The position numbers were made by a program, and so were the translations under genes. A stretch of 59,444 nt of DNA, counting the filler, from Basidioascus undulatus (taxonomy: Eukaryota): assembly GCA_000826855.1 (NCBI GenBank). It is 6 parts of 6 records of this genome, joined end to end, with 100 filler letters (N's around TTAATTAATTAA, not from the genome) between each part and the next. Parts side by side here need not be neighbours in the genome. Positions count along the whole stretch, not along the records: positions 13,044 to 19,445 come from JTLS01001749.1; positions 19,546 to 46,497 come from JTLS01000175.1; 4 more parts are not named here. One strand, given 5' to 3'. This document shows positions 13,141 through 25,684 of this stretch, in pieces. The notes under the pieces are model-generated. The model was not told the DNA's origin. It ran no database searches and saw nothing but the letters and a program-made list of their open reading frames with translations. Each line of letters begins with the position of its first letter. The stretch's first letter is position 1.

Positions 13141-13336
13141 GAAAAAGCTCTCCTACCGCGCGTACCTCGCGGAGGAGCTCCGGCACCTAAACAGGCCGGA
13201 CCACTTCTCCGAGAACCGGCTCGGCCGCCTCCCCAACTACGCGTACGCAAGCTGGGCGACCTACCGCGCGGAGGCGATGAAGCGCCTGGGCGTGGACGCC
13301 CCGCCCCAAGCGGAAGAGTGGACGGCTGAGGACAAA
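13141..13336 (+). CDS. Internal exon of an unidentified gene, joined head-on to the NTF2 gene
   Basis: Branch point and acceptor ccctgaccctcgccccacag at about 13121-13140, followed by coding-like KKLSYRAYLAEELRHLNRPDHFSENRLGRLPNYAYASWATYRAEAMKRLG. Confidence 0.45.
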
Positions 13337-14122
13337 GTAGCCTCCCGGCTGCTCGGCAAGGAAGAAGGTCTGCGCGAACTTGCGCCAGGGCCCGCCGGCG
13401 TTGGAGAGCTCGCCGATGACCTGGACGAGGATGCCGCCGCTCGCGGACGACTGGCTATCGAGCGAGTGCACGAAGACCTTGGCGTTGTCGAAGCCGATCG
13501 AAAGGATGCGGTTGTGGATCTCCTGTTGAAATGGAAATGAGTCATAAATGTGAGCGTAGTACGAAAGAAAGCGGTGAGTAGTGAGTGCAGAGAAGAAGAT
13601 GAGCGCTGACGAAAGCGCGTCGCGAGCGCGCGAAGGTCCGCGTGCTCGCCCGAGTCTCGCCACAGATCCTTGAAGTCCCGTCGCACCCCACCAGATCATC
13701 CAGACCATAACACTCCGGAGTCCTTCCGAACGACAATGAAAAAAAAAGGAGTGCGCACTTGCTGACCAAAACAAGGGGACTCCTCGCCGCCCTCGATGCC
13801 GTGGATGTAAGTGCTCTTCTTAGTGTAAAAGCAATGCAACCGAGCAGGGTTTGCATGCACAAAATTGTAGTATCTGCGGGAGAGATCCCGCAGGTACTTC
13901 CAAGTCAGCAACAGCAAAGTATAAAAGGAGGAATATGGACGAAGGGGCCAGGTCTTCTCCGTCTCTCGCCTTCGCCTCCTCCTCTCCAAGTCCCTCCGTA
14001 CCCCGGCCCCCTCGAAAACGGATTTCTGCGCACTGCGTAACAAATTGCCAGCCGACCTCAGCGGGCTGCACAGACGCCGACTTCGCGATGTCGGTCTGGG
14101 CGGCGGGGACGGGGGAGGACAT
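13328..14122 (-). CDS. NTF2-domain protein (G3BP/Bre5/Nxt3-like), N-terminal NTF2 domain only, interrupted
   Basis: Exons 14122-14034, 13873-13759 and 13522-about 13328 read EVGWQFVTQYYNFVHANPARLHCFY...GQQEIHNRI...GGILVQVIGELSN...RKFAQTFFLAEQPGGYFVL. The expected NDIFR is replaced by unrelated sequence. Confidence 0.88.
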
Positions 14123-15527
14123 GACGGATGAACGAGAGGCTGGCTGTGGCGAGAAGAAGGGGAACGAGATTGCTGCAAGTCGGGGTGTGGCGGCCCGCGA
14201 TAAGAGTACAGGAATATGCGAAATGCGTGAGCGTGAGTCTAGAGAGAAAGAGCCGTAGCGAGGACGAGGCGTGTAATAGCGTGCAACAGCAAGCCGGCGA
14301 CGAGCAAGGAAGAGCGGCAAGGGCGCGAGAGCCGCCGCCGCCCTGCGCCTGTCGGCCCGACGCTGAATTCGAGCTTTGTTTGCACGCCCGAGATGGGACG
14401 CGCACGGCCTCCACTTGAGCGTACTTTTTCTTTTTTTCGTGCACATCATGGGCCTGCTCGAAGCAAGCGGAAGCGACCAAATCACGCAGCAGGCTGATTG
14501 AACTGGGGAGGATTAAAGAAGGCACCCTGCCAACGAATCTGGCTGCTGTCACGCTGGATCAGGCTTCAGAATGTGTGGTGCCTTCTTGGTGGGATTGGAC
14601 TGCCGTGGACTTTCAACGACAATGACACTACTTACAGCTACTTGATTTACAACGGCAGGAGTATCCTCTTTCAGGGTTTCTGGAAGGGATGATCCTGCTT
14701 TGAAGCCACCAGTACATTATGATCCAAGTCTTCAAGCAGAAACGGAAGCGCGGTCTGTGTGTAGCCGCGGCGGCGGAAGAGTGGGTGTCTGGTTGCTAGA
14801 CAGTAGTTCGCCAAGTACAAATATCAACCAGGGAGTAATTAGTTGTTGTCCACTTTTGTATAAGCACTCGAGCTCAATCAACCAAACAGGGCGGCCAGGC
14901 AGTGCAGCCGAATTATAACAGGGGCAGCGGAAAACGTCCGTCCCCCGTCGACAGCGTGCAATTGGCCTTGATTCGCTCCCTTGAACGTAAGTGACCTGAA
15001 CGGCAGACAGTGTGAAGTGGACCAGCTGAACAACTCAGGTCTAGATCCACCTCCAGTACGTCTAAACAAGGTCGACCGTGGCCGGCCTGAGGAGAGCGCA
15101 AAGATGCCACTTCGTCATTACAAGCCTGGCATGCGCACATGAAACAGCCGAGTCTAGCTGATGCTAATTAAGGGCAAAGAATAATTTGTGGCATTTGACT
15201 TGATCTGAAGGGTATAACAGGACGATAGGGACAGCGGCACAAGAAGTAAGAGAGCTGAAAGGCCGGCAGTCGCAAAGAGAACTGCGCTGCAGCTGGTAAC
15301 GAGAAAGACCACTGAGATTCGGGATGTCAGACAAGCAAATAGAGCACTGGAGCAGTCATAAAAAATAAATGTAAAATCCTCGCCCTCCAAGTTCACACGG
15401 TCGTGCAGCTGCCTGCGGCGGAGTCGTTGTCCCAGACGCGACTGCTTGAGCGCCGGATAGTCGTGGTAGACCATGGCGGCACTCTCAGAGGCCGGCCGTT
15501 TCTTTCTCGCTCCGATGGTGCTCGGGC

Positions 15528-16460
15528 TCACGGGGGCCGCCGAAGCCTCCGCCGCAGCAGGAGCAGGAGCGCCTGCGAGAGTGGGCAACGCAGCCCAAGC
15601 CGGAGGCGCGGGGGCGGGGTCGATGGGTGCGACAAGAGTGCGCGAGGAAGCGCCCACCGCCGCAGAGTAAGCGAAAAATGCTGCAGAGGGGGCCCGGCGT
15701 GGAGGGCCGGTGCGCGGGGGTAAGGACCGAAGCCGTAGGCGGGTGTGCGTCCGTCGGCAGAGGGGAGGTGGAGATCCTGCCCGAAAGCCATTGTGCGGTC
15801 GGGGTAAGGCTCCCCAACCCGTACACTGGTGAACTCTTCAGACACCCCGCAGAGGAAGGTGTTGAGTCCGGGGCTGAGAGGCGGGTCGGTCGACAGGAGC
15901 TGGACCACGAACGCTTCGTGGGCACGAGAAGTATCTGTTGGTCAGAGACGTGAGTGTGGGTTTTAAAAGCGTCGGAGGGAACGGATGGACGCACTACTGT
16001 CTTGCTTGAACTCGTAGACCCGGATGAAGTCCAGCGGGCCGTGAGGCAGGAGTGCGAGGAGCCTCCGCGGGGCGAGGTGGTCCTACGCCGCTGGGTCTGT
16101 CCAGAACTTCGAGGTCTCTCTGCGTATGCCGAGCTTATCCATGTACGCCTCGAGCATCGTCCGTATACTGTTCGGACCGCCCCATGATCAGTGGTGATAC
16201 GCGACATACACACTGCCCACAGGGTGAAAGGACTCACATTGGCCGCTCGTTCATGAATTGGTTCAGATACCCCAGCATTTTAGTCGTAGGTGCAATCTCC
16301 TTCTTCAATGCATCCACGCGTGCCGACAGCGAGGCTATCGAGGCGAGCAGCTCTCTGACTCTCTTGGGCTCGTCGCTGGCGCTGCTCGCGCTTCCGAGCC
16401 CCCCGCCCGAAAAGTGACGGTTGTGGACCCTTGGGCTTCGCTCTCTAAGGGCTCATTAGG
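15528..16460 (-). pseudogene. Decayed hypothetical protein with coiled-coil-like segment
   Basis: Exon-like segments (RVRELLASIASLSARVDALKKEIAP; IRTMLEAYMDKLGIRRETSKFW) bounded by GT/AG. In-frame TAG at 16083-16085. Confidence 0.35.
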
Positions 16461-16955
16461 GGGATGAATTTCCGTGTCCTACTGGAGGGAACGTGGGGAT
16501 GCTGAAACACTCGTCCGAGCGGCGGGCGGGCGAGGTCGCGGGTTTTGTGTCGTCTGTTGGGAAGGTAGCTTGGCGGAAAGGGTGAAGCTCAGGGTCGACT
16601 GGATGTGGTGGGAGGAGGGCTGGTGATTTCGGTGGATGACGAAGAGTAAGGTGTGACGGCGTGTAATATGATTCCCGGTGTTTGTGGCGAGTGCGCGGAA
16701 TCAAGTCTACCGCCGCGAATGGGCCATGTCTTGGAATGAGGCAGCGCGCTCTGTTCCGTCTTGCTCTTTGACGGTCGATCTCAGCGAGTCCTCATAGTAA
16801 ACGTTATTAAATATACTTGAGGAGAAACCGTTTCGGTTCTCAACTCAATCATAAGCTGTAAGAAGGACTCGAACTCTTCTTTGTACCCATCTATATGCAT
16901 CTATACAGACACGTCCAGGCTTGTACCACAACAAGCCGCATGCTACCACACGACA

Positions 16956-18620
16956 TCAGCCTCCACTTCCCCACTTCCTCGCCAGCGACTGGGTGGTCCG
17001 TGTACCCTTCAGTCTTGACAGGGCCGCTGTGCCCCATTCTCACCTTCGTCAGTGTCGGTTGAGTGGATGGAGGGGACGAACACGCATTACAGGTAGAAAG
17101 TGTCAACGTTTCCCGGTTGTAAGGGCTGAGCCTGGCCCCTGTGCGGAAGCGCGTAGGTCCGGGTCCGACGGCGACTGTGATTTTCGGGTACGCCGTGACC
17201 CTCTCGAGCGCAAGCTCGGCGGTGTACTGAACAGTCAAGTCGACGATCAGCTTTTAAGATTTGGGGAATAGGAATAAAAGAGGTGGATGAAAGACGTACC
17301 CCACCCCCGATGATTATGGCCTTCTCAGGACCCCACGCCTCGAAGACGAAGTCGAGACTGTCTCCGCCGGCGGCGATGTCGACGTTGCCCGCTACGCGCG
17401 GCTCGACGGCGTGGATGTAGGCGAAGTGGAGGACTGCGGGGAATACACATCTTTCCGTCAGCTGCGGTCTCAAAATTCAGACAGAGTGGGGGAAAAGAAA
17501 GCTCACAGCGTGCCTGCATCTGCTCCACCAGAAACTTGAACTGTGAGACGGGGTCGGCCATCCTCATTCCCTGCCACGGGTTGAACGGCGAGAAGCGGAT
17601 GTCTGTCTTGTCCTGACCGATGGCGAAGATGATAACCTCCAGACTGTGTGAGTGAGTGAGAGAGATTTCAGCTGTAGATCTGAAAAGGAGTGTGGGAGCG
17701 GAGAACGCCTCGAGTGCGAAGCGCGCGCGGTTCTCGATCGAGCCGCTGTAGGCATCGGTGCGGTCGTTTGAGACGTCTTGGAGGAACTGGTCGATGACTG
17801 ACAGTGAGGTGAGGTGTGGTTGTCAGTGACTGCCTGTGTTGTGTTGGAGAAAGGAATAATCACCACTCACGGTACCCGTTCCCAGCTGCGAAGGCACCTA
17901 TTGTCTCAGTACCTCCTTCGGGGTCGAACTTGAGAAGAGAGCTTGGCCCTTACCATGAAACTCCACAAAATCAAACCCCGCCTCCAGGCATAGTCCCTGA
18001 CAAACTGCTCAATCTCCTCGAAACTCATGGGCTTCACCTCCGCCCCTCCCTCCAGCGGCATGACACTAGGTCCCTTGACCTGATTCCCGCCCTCCTTGCT
18101 CAAGAACTCAGCTCAGCGGTGCGCCAGAGCGTCCAGAGTTGCAGGGCGATGTGGCACCCGCGCGCATGCACCGCGTCGACGATGCGCTTCCAGGCCGCCA
18201 TCTGCAAGGGCGTGTAGATCCCCGGGACGTTCGGTATAGCCGGCGGCGGCTTCGGACTGGGGTTGGAGAGGAGGCGGCGAGAGATGGATGCTAGGTGAGT
18301 TTGGGAGGATGGGATGGACGATAAGGGTGGCTTCGGTTACTAGCAGGGTGCCGGGGACTGAGGCTCGCTGCGTGTAGTACTCGACCGCGACCTGCGAGGG
18401 TTCAGCATGTAGTCAGAAGACGGTATCATCACTTGGTATGAGACCAAAACGTACGTTCTAGTGCACATGCTCATCGTCCGCGATGGCGAGTAAGAGGGGC
18501 GAGGACGACTGCGAATGAAGGCCGGTCAGCGGCAAGACAACAGAAGGAGGGAAGAGCAAGCGACCACAACGGACTCCGGTGTTTCTCGCCGATCTTGAGA
18601 GGCGTGAACAACTTTGACAT
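16956..18620 (-). pseudogene. Old yellow enzyme / NADH:flavin oxidoreductase pseudogene
   Basis: MSKLFTPLKIG, VEYYTQRASVPGTLLVTEAT, NVPGIY...AWKRIVDAVHARG, EAGFDFVEFH, GNGY-IDQFLQDVSNDRTDAYSGSIENRARF, AYIHAVEPRV, YNRET, GYTDHP. Lesions: TAG at 18458-18460, frameshifts at about 18236 and about 18110, and apparent deletions before EAGFD and of the GRxFIANPD motif. Confidence 0.88.
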
Positions 18621-19249
18621 GTTGAGCATCGAAGGAGGTTGAGGGGTGAAGTGCAGTTGAGATCTGAGAAGGCGAGGGTCTCATCCGAGGGGCAAGTTGT
18701 CCCATTTATATGGTTCCAGAGCAGAGCACACGAAATGTGGCTCATAGGATTACAGAATAGGGCTGATAAAAACAGAGAAGGGCTATCTTGAGAGCTGGTG
18801 CTTACTGCATCCTGGTTGAGAGTTGTTTACAGTGGAGGCGGACGGCGACGGACAAGTTGCAAGTTGCTGACTTGTCTCCGGTAACGGGGTGCGCGCGTCC
18901 GCACATGTTGCATTGTCGCATAATTTGATCGTATTTGGTATGAAATTTCTATACAAGTCCAGATGCAATGTCTATTGAGAGGGTGGAAAATCTGCAACCG
19001 AGCCACTACCTCCCCCGCTGCTGTCAGATGGACAGCGCGCCGAGTCCGCTGGATGGACAGCGCATGCACAAAGCTGACCACCGCTGGGTCACTTCGAGGA
19101 GCTCGGATATACTTGCAGGGTTCAACTTTGCCCTAGAGCCTGTTTGAACCCCTAGCATCTGGGTTCGCCAGTCAAATCACCATATTAAATCATTGAGTCT
19201 CAAACAAGCAGCAGCACAACAGTCGCTCCCACCCACCTCAACCCGCCGC

Positions 19250-19445
19250 TCAACTATATGCCTTCTCTCCCTCTCCATTCAGGCGTTTGGTAACTCTCAC
19301 GACCCTCCACCTAACATCGCCGAGCTCCTCGTCCTTCTCGTCCCCATCCCCCTTGAAGTCGACCCAAAGGCGAACGGGCCCGTCGCGAGGGCAGTGGGCC
19401 CACTCATCTATGTGGCCACCGTTTGTGTAACCGGGGTCAGGCACG
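19250..19445 (-). CDS. 3' end of an unidentified protein, cut by contig end
   Basis: Open frame from the gap, ...GGHIDEWAHCPRDGPVRLWVDF...DVRWRVVRVTKRLNGEGEKAYS*. Confidence 0.4.
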
Positions 19446-19545
19446 NNNNNNNNNNNNNNNNNNNNNNNNNNNNNNNNNNNNNNNNNNNNTTAATTAATTA
19501 ANNNNNNNNNNNNNNNNNNNNNNNNNNNNNNNNNNNNNNNNNNNN
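19446..19545. other. Artificial contig spacer
   Basis: N44-TTAATTAATTAA-N44. Confidence 0.97.
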
Positions 19546-21474
19546 CGCTTCTCGCGCGCGGCCTGCGCGTCCTTGCCCGTCACATACGGCTTCTTGTCTT
19601 CGCCGGCCGGGCTCTCGTTCGTCCCGTCCTCGCTCGCGCCTCGCTTGGACCGCGCAGTGGCGCGCCGCGCACGCGGCTTCTCCTCGACCGTCCCGTCCGG
19701 CTGCGTGACCTTGACCGTCGACGACTTGTGGTCGTCGGTGATCATGATCGGCGGCGTCCGAGCCGACGCCAGCGTACGGCCGACATGGTTCTTGATCGTG
19801 AATATGATGCTGTGAAAGCGACGCGAGATAAGCCGACTTGCTCTCAAACCCTAGAAGTTGACCTGGCGAGACAAGAAGCACGCACTGGAAGCCCGTCTTT
19901 TCTCTGTGGTGCCGACAGTAGCAGGTGATGCGCGTAGGCAAGCTGACCTCGCCATCGCTGAAAGGGAGAAGCTCGCCGCAGTTGAAGAGGACGATCTTGT
20001 TGCGCTCGCCCTGCTCCTCGATCGCGGGCGGGATGCCCTCGGGGGGAATCTCGTCGTCGCTGTCCGCTTGGGGGCGAATGCGAGCGTCCTTCTTGCGTTG
20101 GGATCGTTTCCGCTGCATATGAGCCTAGGCGTCAGCCGGCGTACTGAGTGATGGTTAAGAAAGAATGACGCACCTCGCGTTGCCGACATGAGGAGCAGGC
20201 CAGTACGGGTTGGGAAGGATCGCTGGCGCAGACAACGGCGGTTTCAAGATAGAGCGTCTCGCTGCGGAGGACGTCCTCTGTGACCGGAGCAGCGTGAGCC
20301 GCCACCTTCTCAACATCCGACGTTCTCGAGGAGTACACGTACGTGGAGTCAGGCACCCCTTCTTGGTTCGCTTCTTCGCCGCCGTGCCATACGGCAGTCT
20401 CAACCAACCCCAGCTCCCAAGCCTTTCCCGGTCTGCCTCGCTCGCGCCCTCCTTGAGCTGGGCGAGCAAGTCGAGCTTGACCTTGATCTGAGTCTCGACG
20501 CGGCTTTTCGCACCAACGTCAGGGACGCCCTCGATGCGCAGCTCCGCGGCGTGCACGGAAGCGGGATCCGGGCGCATCACCGGTGGCCCCAGTGATGGGC
20601 CCGCCTCGTCGCCGCTGCCCGGAGCGGTGGACGGGGCGGTGGACGGAGCGCGCGAGTTCGCCGCGGAGCGAAATATTGCCGCGGGGGGAAGTGTACGACG
20701 GAGCTGTGGGGGCGTGGGCGGGTACGCGAGACCGTAGAAGTGGAGGGGAAGGGAGTTCTGTGGGGCGTCGGCGGTGGTGCTGCCGGGTGAAGGAAGGGAG
20801 GCCGGAGTGGGAGGGAAGTTGGAGGGTGGCGGTTGTTGCGATTGTGATTGTGATGAGGAGTAGGAGACGGGAGGGTGCGAGAGATGGGCGTGGGTGGAGC
20901 CGTGGCCGTTTGTGGACGGAAGGCTGACGGAGGAGAACGATTGCGGGGAGAAGGTAGACAGGTCGAACAGGACCGAAGGCGTCGCCGCTGGAGAGTTACT
21001 GTATGGATTGTAGAGCGTCAGCATAACTCGGTCGCTTGTCTTGCGAGAAGCAGCCGTTGCGGGCCAGGACCAGAGCGAAAGCGTGTGCCCCTGCGACATT
21101 TGCCCCTTGAAAGGAGGAGAAAAGGAAGACGAGGACGTCACGAGCATTCCAATGGGGGGAACGAGCCATGCCAATATCCAAATGGAGTTGTAACGTTCTC
21201 GGGCAATGCCAGGTAGACGAACTCTGCTGCGCGGAGACGACCAAACAAAGAGCAACGGAGCTCACCTGCAGGCATCCTCCTGGACAAAGTCCTCAAAGCG
21301 GACGGCGCTGTCGCTGTCGGTGCCCGTCGTCGCGCCCTCGCCCCACTTTGGCCACCCGACCTCGTGCACCATCGGCGGCGCGTCCGACGTCGACGGGCTC
21401 GAGTGGTCGCCCGACGAGGACGACGCGGACGAATGGCTCGGGCTCGCGTAGTCGAACGGCCCAAACGTGGACAT
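19546..21474 (-). CDS. SPT23: SPT23/MGA2-like membrane-tethered transcription factor, N-terminal part (cut by contig start)
   Basis: Family motifs AKSRVETQIKVKLDL, WLRLP, VLACSSCRQRE, IVLFNC, LPTRITCYCRHHREKTGF, PPIMITDDHK. ATG at 21474 (MSTFGPFDY). The IPT/ankyrin part is not in the window. Confidence 0.85.
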
Positions 21475-22699
21475 TGGGCGAAAAGCGCGGGGGCTCGGAG
21501 CTGCGCGCCACGGCGTAAGCAAATATAAAAGTGGCTGCTGGCGTACCCCGGGGGATCGGAGAAGGGGCGGTGTGTATTGTTGGTGGCGACGGGGAGGAGA
21601 GCAGCGGGCAAGGCGAGGACGTGGAGGATGATGGAAGGGAGGAGGAGGGTTGAAGGTGCTTTGGGCACTTTGCCGCTGTCAGTGCCGGCCAGCCAGCAGC
21701 TGTGGCCTCGACTGCTGGCCACTTGCCACTTTTAGAATTTCAACGCGCTTACACCTGGGTCCCTGCAAAAACTGTATCAAGCTTGCATTGCCCAGCCGCC
21801 GCAGTCTTGCAAGCCCGAATACTCTGCAGACCGACTCTACTTTTCAGAGGAACATCAAACATTTCATGCAACCGTTGTCAGTATCGGCGCCCGTATGGGG
21901 CGACTTTGCACGTCCTCGAGGCTCGCAATCTACAACGGCGGGCGTCTCGTGGAGCTGCAAATCTGCAGACATATTGACATCGTTATCAAGGAGACCCACA
22001 TGTTTGATGTTTAAAGACTTGCCCCGTCGCCCGCAGCTGCAGTGAGCTCGCCGAGCACGTTCTCCTGCTGCGTTGTCCTGCCATCGTCCGCGTGCGGATC
22101 GGCATCATACATTGTTCCCCCTCCGTCTCGGTCCCGGTACATCCCTGTCCTCTTATCCATTGTCCTCACAATCATAGCACCCTAATTGCGCAAATCGCGG
22201 TCCAAGCCGTCGTACCGTCTTCCCCTGCAGCGGCGAATAGAAACAAGTGCAACACCCGAACTGGCAGTTACATCGCCCAAAATCTTGTCCCGCTCCTGGC
22301 TTCTCCCTAACGCAGGGCAAGCTGGGTGTAGAAAATGGCGGATCTTTATTGGCGATTGAACAACCAGGGTCCACCATCCACAATCAGCGGACGTTATCGC
22401 GAGCTCCCAAGGCGAGCGAGCTCGATGCAAGCCACCACACACGCAGAGTTCGGGGACGACGATCCTCGGGCTCCTGCCGCTGTGCCGAGCGACGGATGCT
22501 TGGACGGAGTCTCCGTGTTGAATCCCTTGGAATATCGAAGTGCTTCTGCTCGTCGCGTTGATCCGTGGAGCCCCGATGCGCTGAACATCCGATGAATGCA
22601 GGAGTGAACCGACGAAGATCGCCGGCTCACTGCGGACTGTGTGGTAGCTCACTGGTCAAGGTATTTTACGTACAACCAGGACTGTCCGAGAGGCGAGTG

Positions 22700-23010
22700 A
22701 TAACCAACAACATCCCAGTCCTTATCCTTATCGGCATGGGACAGTCGACTGTCCGGCGTTGGCGGGTCAGTGCGTGCGTGGTTATCGGGGAGTTGTTACT
22801 ATCGCAGTTGCTATACCGCTTTAAGAAAGCGTCTACACTTCAAAGCTGCCTCATTCGTCAAATACTGCAGGAGACTGCTTGCGTCTTGATGCGCTTCTTC
22901 GCGAGCTCAAGTCATCAGCGTAACAGTCGGATATGTCCGTTGTGCACTTACTGGGGGAGTCCCATTCAGTGCTCTCACGATGCTACACCGTTCGTCTAAA
23001 TCCATCGCCA
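22700..23010 (+). pseudogene. Possible decayed multi-TM membrane protein remnant (DUF6534-like)
   Basis: WRVSACVVIGELLLSQLLYRFKKASTLQSCLIRQILQETACVL followed by a frameshifted LLGESHSVLS..LN. The pattern resembles basidiomycete DUF6534 proteins (recall only). Confidence 0.25.
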
Positions 23011-23418
23011 TGGTCGGAACGTCGATTAGAGTGTCCATTTTGCGGTGTGTCCATTTCACTCAACCAGTTGCCGGAGTCACCTCGACGACTCCTCGGTGTG
23101 CAGTGCCCTTTCATGGTCTGATGGATTGTAAGGTTGAAGCTGGAGACCGAGAGCGGCTCCATGTCCTTAATTAGTGGGACAGATGATCAGAAAGACTTGC
23201 GATGGAAAGCGATAGGAAAGATCAAGCGCCAGGGAAACACGCGAGCTCGCATTCGGCACACGCAGTCAGCAGCAATGCGAGCGACGAACAATCGATTCGG
23301 TGATAACAGATTAAGGTGTGCTTTACCTAATTAGGGACTGTGTATATGGGAGACTATAGTGAAGACCGGCTGGGTAGAAGAGGTACAGGCAATGGAAACA
23401 TCTAAGCCAGCGGCCCGT

Positions 23419-24733
23419 TCACAGCTCGTTGTGGCAGTTCTGGATCTCGTAGCCGTCCTGGTAGTCAACACGGAGAGTGTAACTGTTTGAATAAAAATAT
23501 TCTGTCAGTAAATACCCCACACTTCCACGACAAATCAAAACCCCAAACTGACCCGTCGTCGCAGACCGCCTCGCAGCCGCTCCCGCCCTTCCAGTGCGCC
23601 CGGTACCCGCACTTCTTCCCTGGGCACTCCGCCCTCGGCCCAGAGCCCCACTTCTTGGACTCATGCTTCTCGGAGTACTCGTGCTTCTCTTCCTCGTACC
23701 ACACCTGCTGCGGCGCCTCATAGTGCGCAGGCTGCGCGTGCTCGTAGTACACCGGGTGCTCGACCGGCTTCTGCTGCATGTAGACCCGCTCGGGCTTGAT
23801 GCATTCGGAGATGGGCCGGTACTGGTTCACGGAGAGGTCGTACGCGTAGCCGGGCTTCTCTTTGCAGCAGCCCTCGGACTCGTTCCACCCGAGCCTGGTG
23901 AAAGAGTTGACAATGTCAGCATCTTGTCCAGAGAGTCGGTAACGAAGGTGAGATATAAACTTACCATGTGATTTTCCCACTCCACTCATCGCACTTGGCC
24001 CTATCCTTGCCCCAGTACCCCCCGCGCCGGTACTCCTCTCCCTCTTCATCCGAGCTCTCCCCCTCGCTGCCCGAAGTGTTCTCGCCGTCGCTTTCCCACC
24101 CGCGACGAGCCCGGCGGTACTTGTGGCTCTGGTGCTCGTAGTCCGTGTGAGATTGGCTGACGTCGACATCTACGTCGTTGCTGATCGCGATCGACTGCGG
24201 CGGGGCAGCCGGGGGATAGGCGTAGCTGCGCGAGGGCGGGACGACCGGCACCTGACGCTTCTTCGTCTTCTTGCGCTCGGCCCGAGCGTAGTGCTGCGAG
24301 CGGTGCTCGAAGTCCGTCTCCGATAGGGATAGGTCGACCTGAGAGTTTGGAGAGCAGTAATGTCAGCCCCGTCACATCCCTTCGCGTCCTCACAGACCCC
24401 CAGACATACTTTATTGAGGTTGACAATGTTGATTGGCTGCGCACGTCTAACGGGAGGCGGGTAGGAGTACGACCTGGCGTTCACCGCGGGGGCACGCTTA
24501 AGGCTCTGGTGGATCTCAATCTCTTCCTCGGCTTCCCTCGCCTCGAGTCGCGAGGATCCGGCGCTCCTCCTGTCGACCGGTCGAGCCGGAGGGGGGTAGG
24601 AGTAGGAGCGCGGGTAGATGTGCTCGGGAGGTGAGCGGCGTGCTGGGTCGGACGTAGAGCGGAGGAGGAGGGGAGTGGCGATCGAGGACACGGTGAGGGT
24701 GAGGATCGTGAAGGTGAGGTAGGGGGCCGGCAT
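23419..24733 (-). CDS. Secreted protein with SY(S/A)YPP repeats, dibasic sites and a Cys-rich C-terminus (4 exons, intact)
   Basis: Hydrophobic N-terminus MPAPYLTFTILTLTVSSIATP. RSYSYPPP twice and RSYAYPP once. Several RR/KR sites. Three GT-AG introns give an uninterrupted frame to ...QNCHNEL*. Confidence 0.8.
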
Positions 24734-25684
24734 GGTGGGTAGCGAGCGCAACTGGAGCAGGAGGGTCAAAGGTAGGCTGATGAGTGGGTGAAGACATTGG
24801 TTTCCAAGAGCTCTTGAAGCTTTCGAGAGGAGCGGACTTACTCGATGTGTACCATTTGTGAGTTCGGGCGGTGCGGAGGGGCAGCGCTCAGAAGCGTGAG
24901 CTGTTGCATGGAGCAGATTCGACCGCCAGTGCGAGCGGAGGCCGGACCGCGAGCGAGCTCTTGCGAGGCGTGGACCGAGTGCCCAATACTCCAAGGGAAT
25001 TTATTTTTGATGACTAGTTATAATTCTTTGAAGGCGTCCATCGTGACGGGGTCGCATACCAATAGCACTGGCGTGCCGAAAGGAGGGTGTCAGGCTTGCA
25101 GGGGCAACTCAGGCCGCGCTGCACTCGCACCTTCGACCCTGCACATGCAAATTTCTGTGGATGTGAATCAAATTTCACTCAAAACCAGTTTTCATCTTTC
25201 ATCATAGAATCAGGGTGTTCAAGTGGTAATCGAGCGCTTCAATGAACCGCTGCATTCGCTGCGGCACCCTAACCTGTTACAACATCAGAGTCATGCGGGA
25301 CCCTCAGAGACTAGCATACATTCTGAACGCTTAGTACTTTTGGAACACATTCTTGAGACATTCTTTGCAGGAGCCGGCCTTGGAGTAGGGCTGCTTTGTA
25401 CGCCGCAGCGACCTTCGGCGGATGCCGAAATGCGGACAGGAAGCCTCAGAATCCATTGTGAGATTTTAGTTTGGCCATCAGACCCCAAAGTCCTATAAAA
25501 GGGTACGTGGAATTTTTGTGAGGTCCGTGAGTTGAAGAAAGGGGTGAAAGGCTGTCGACCATGAATGGCTGTGAGCCGAAGTGGATTCAACCCTAACGCC
25601 GAAAGAGGCGGAATTTGGGCCGGAAGCAATCCGGCACCCAACTTCCCACCCTCACCTCACATTCCCACAAATATTACTCTCGCG

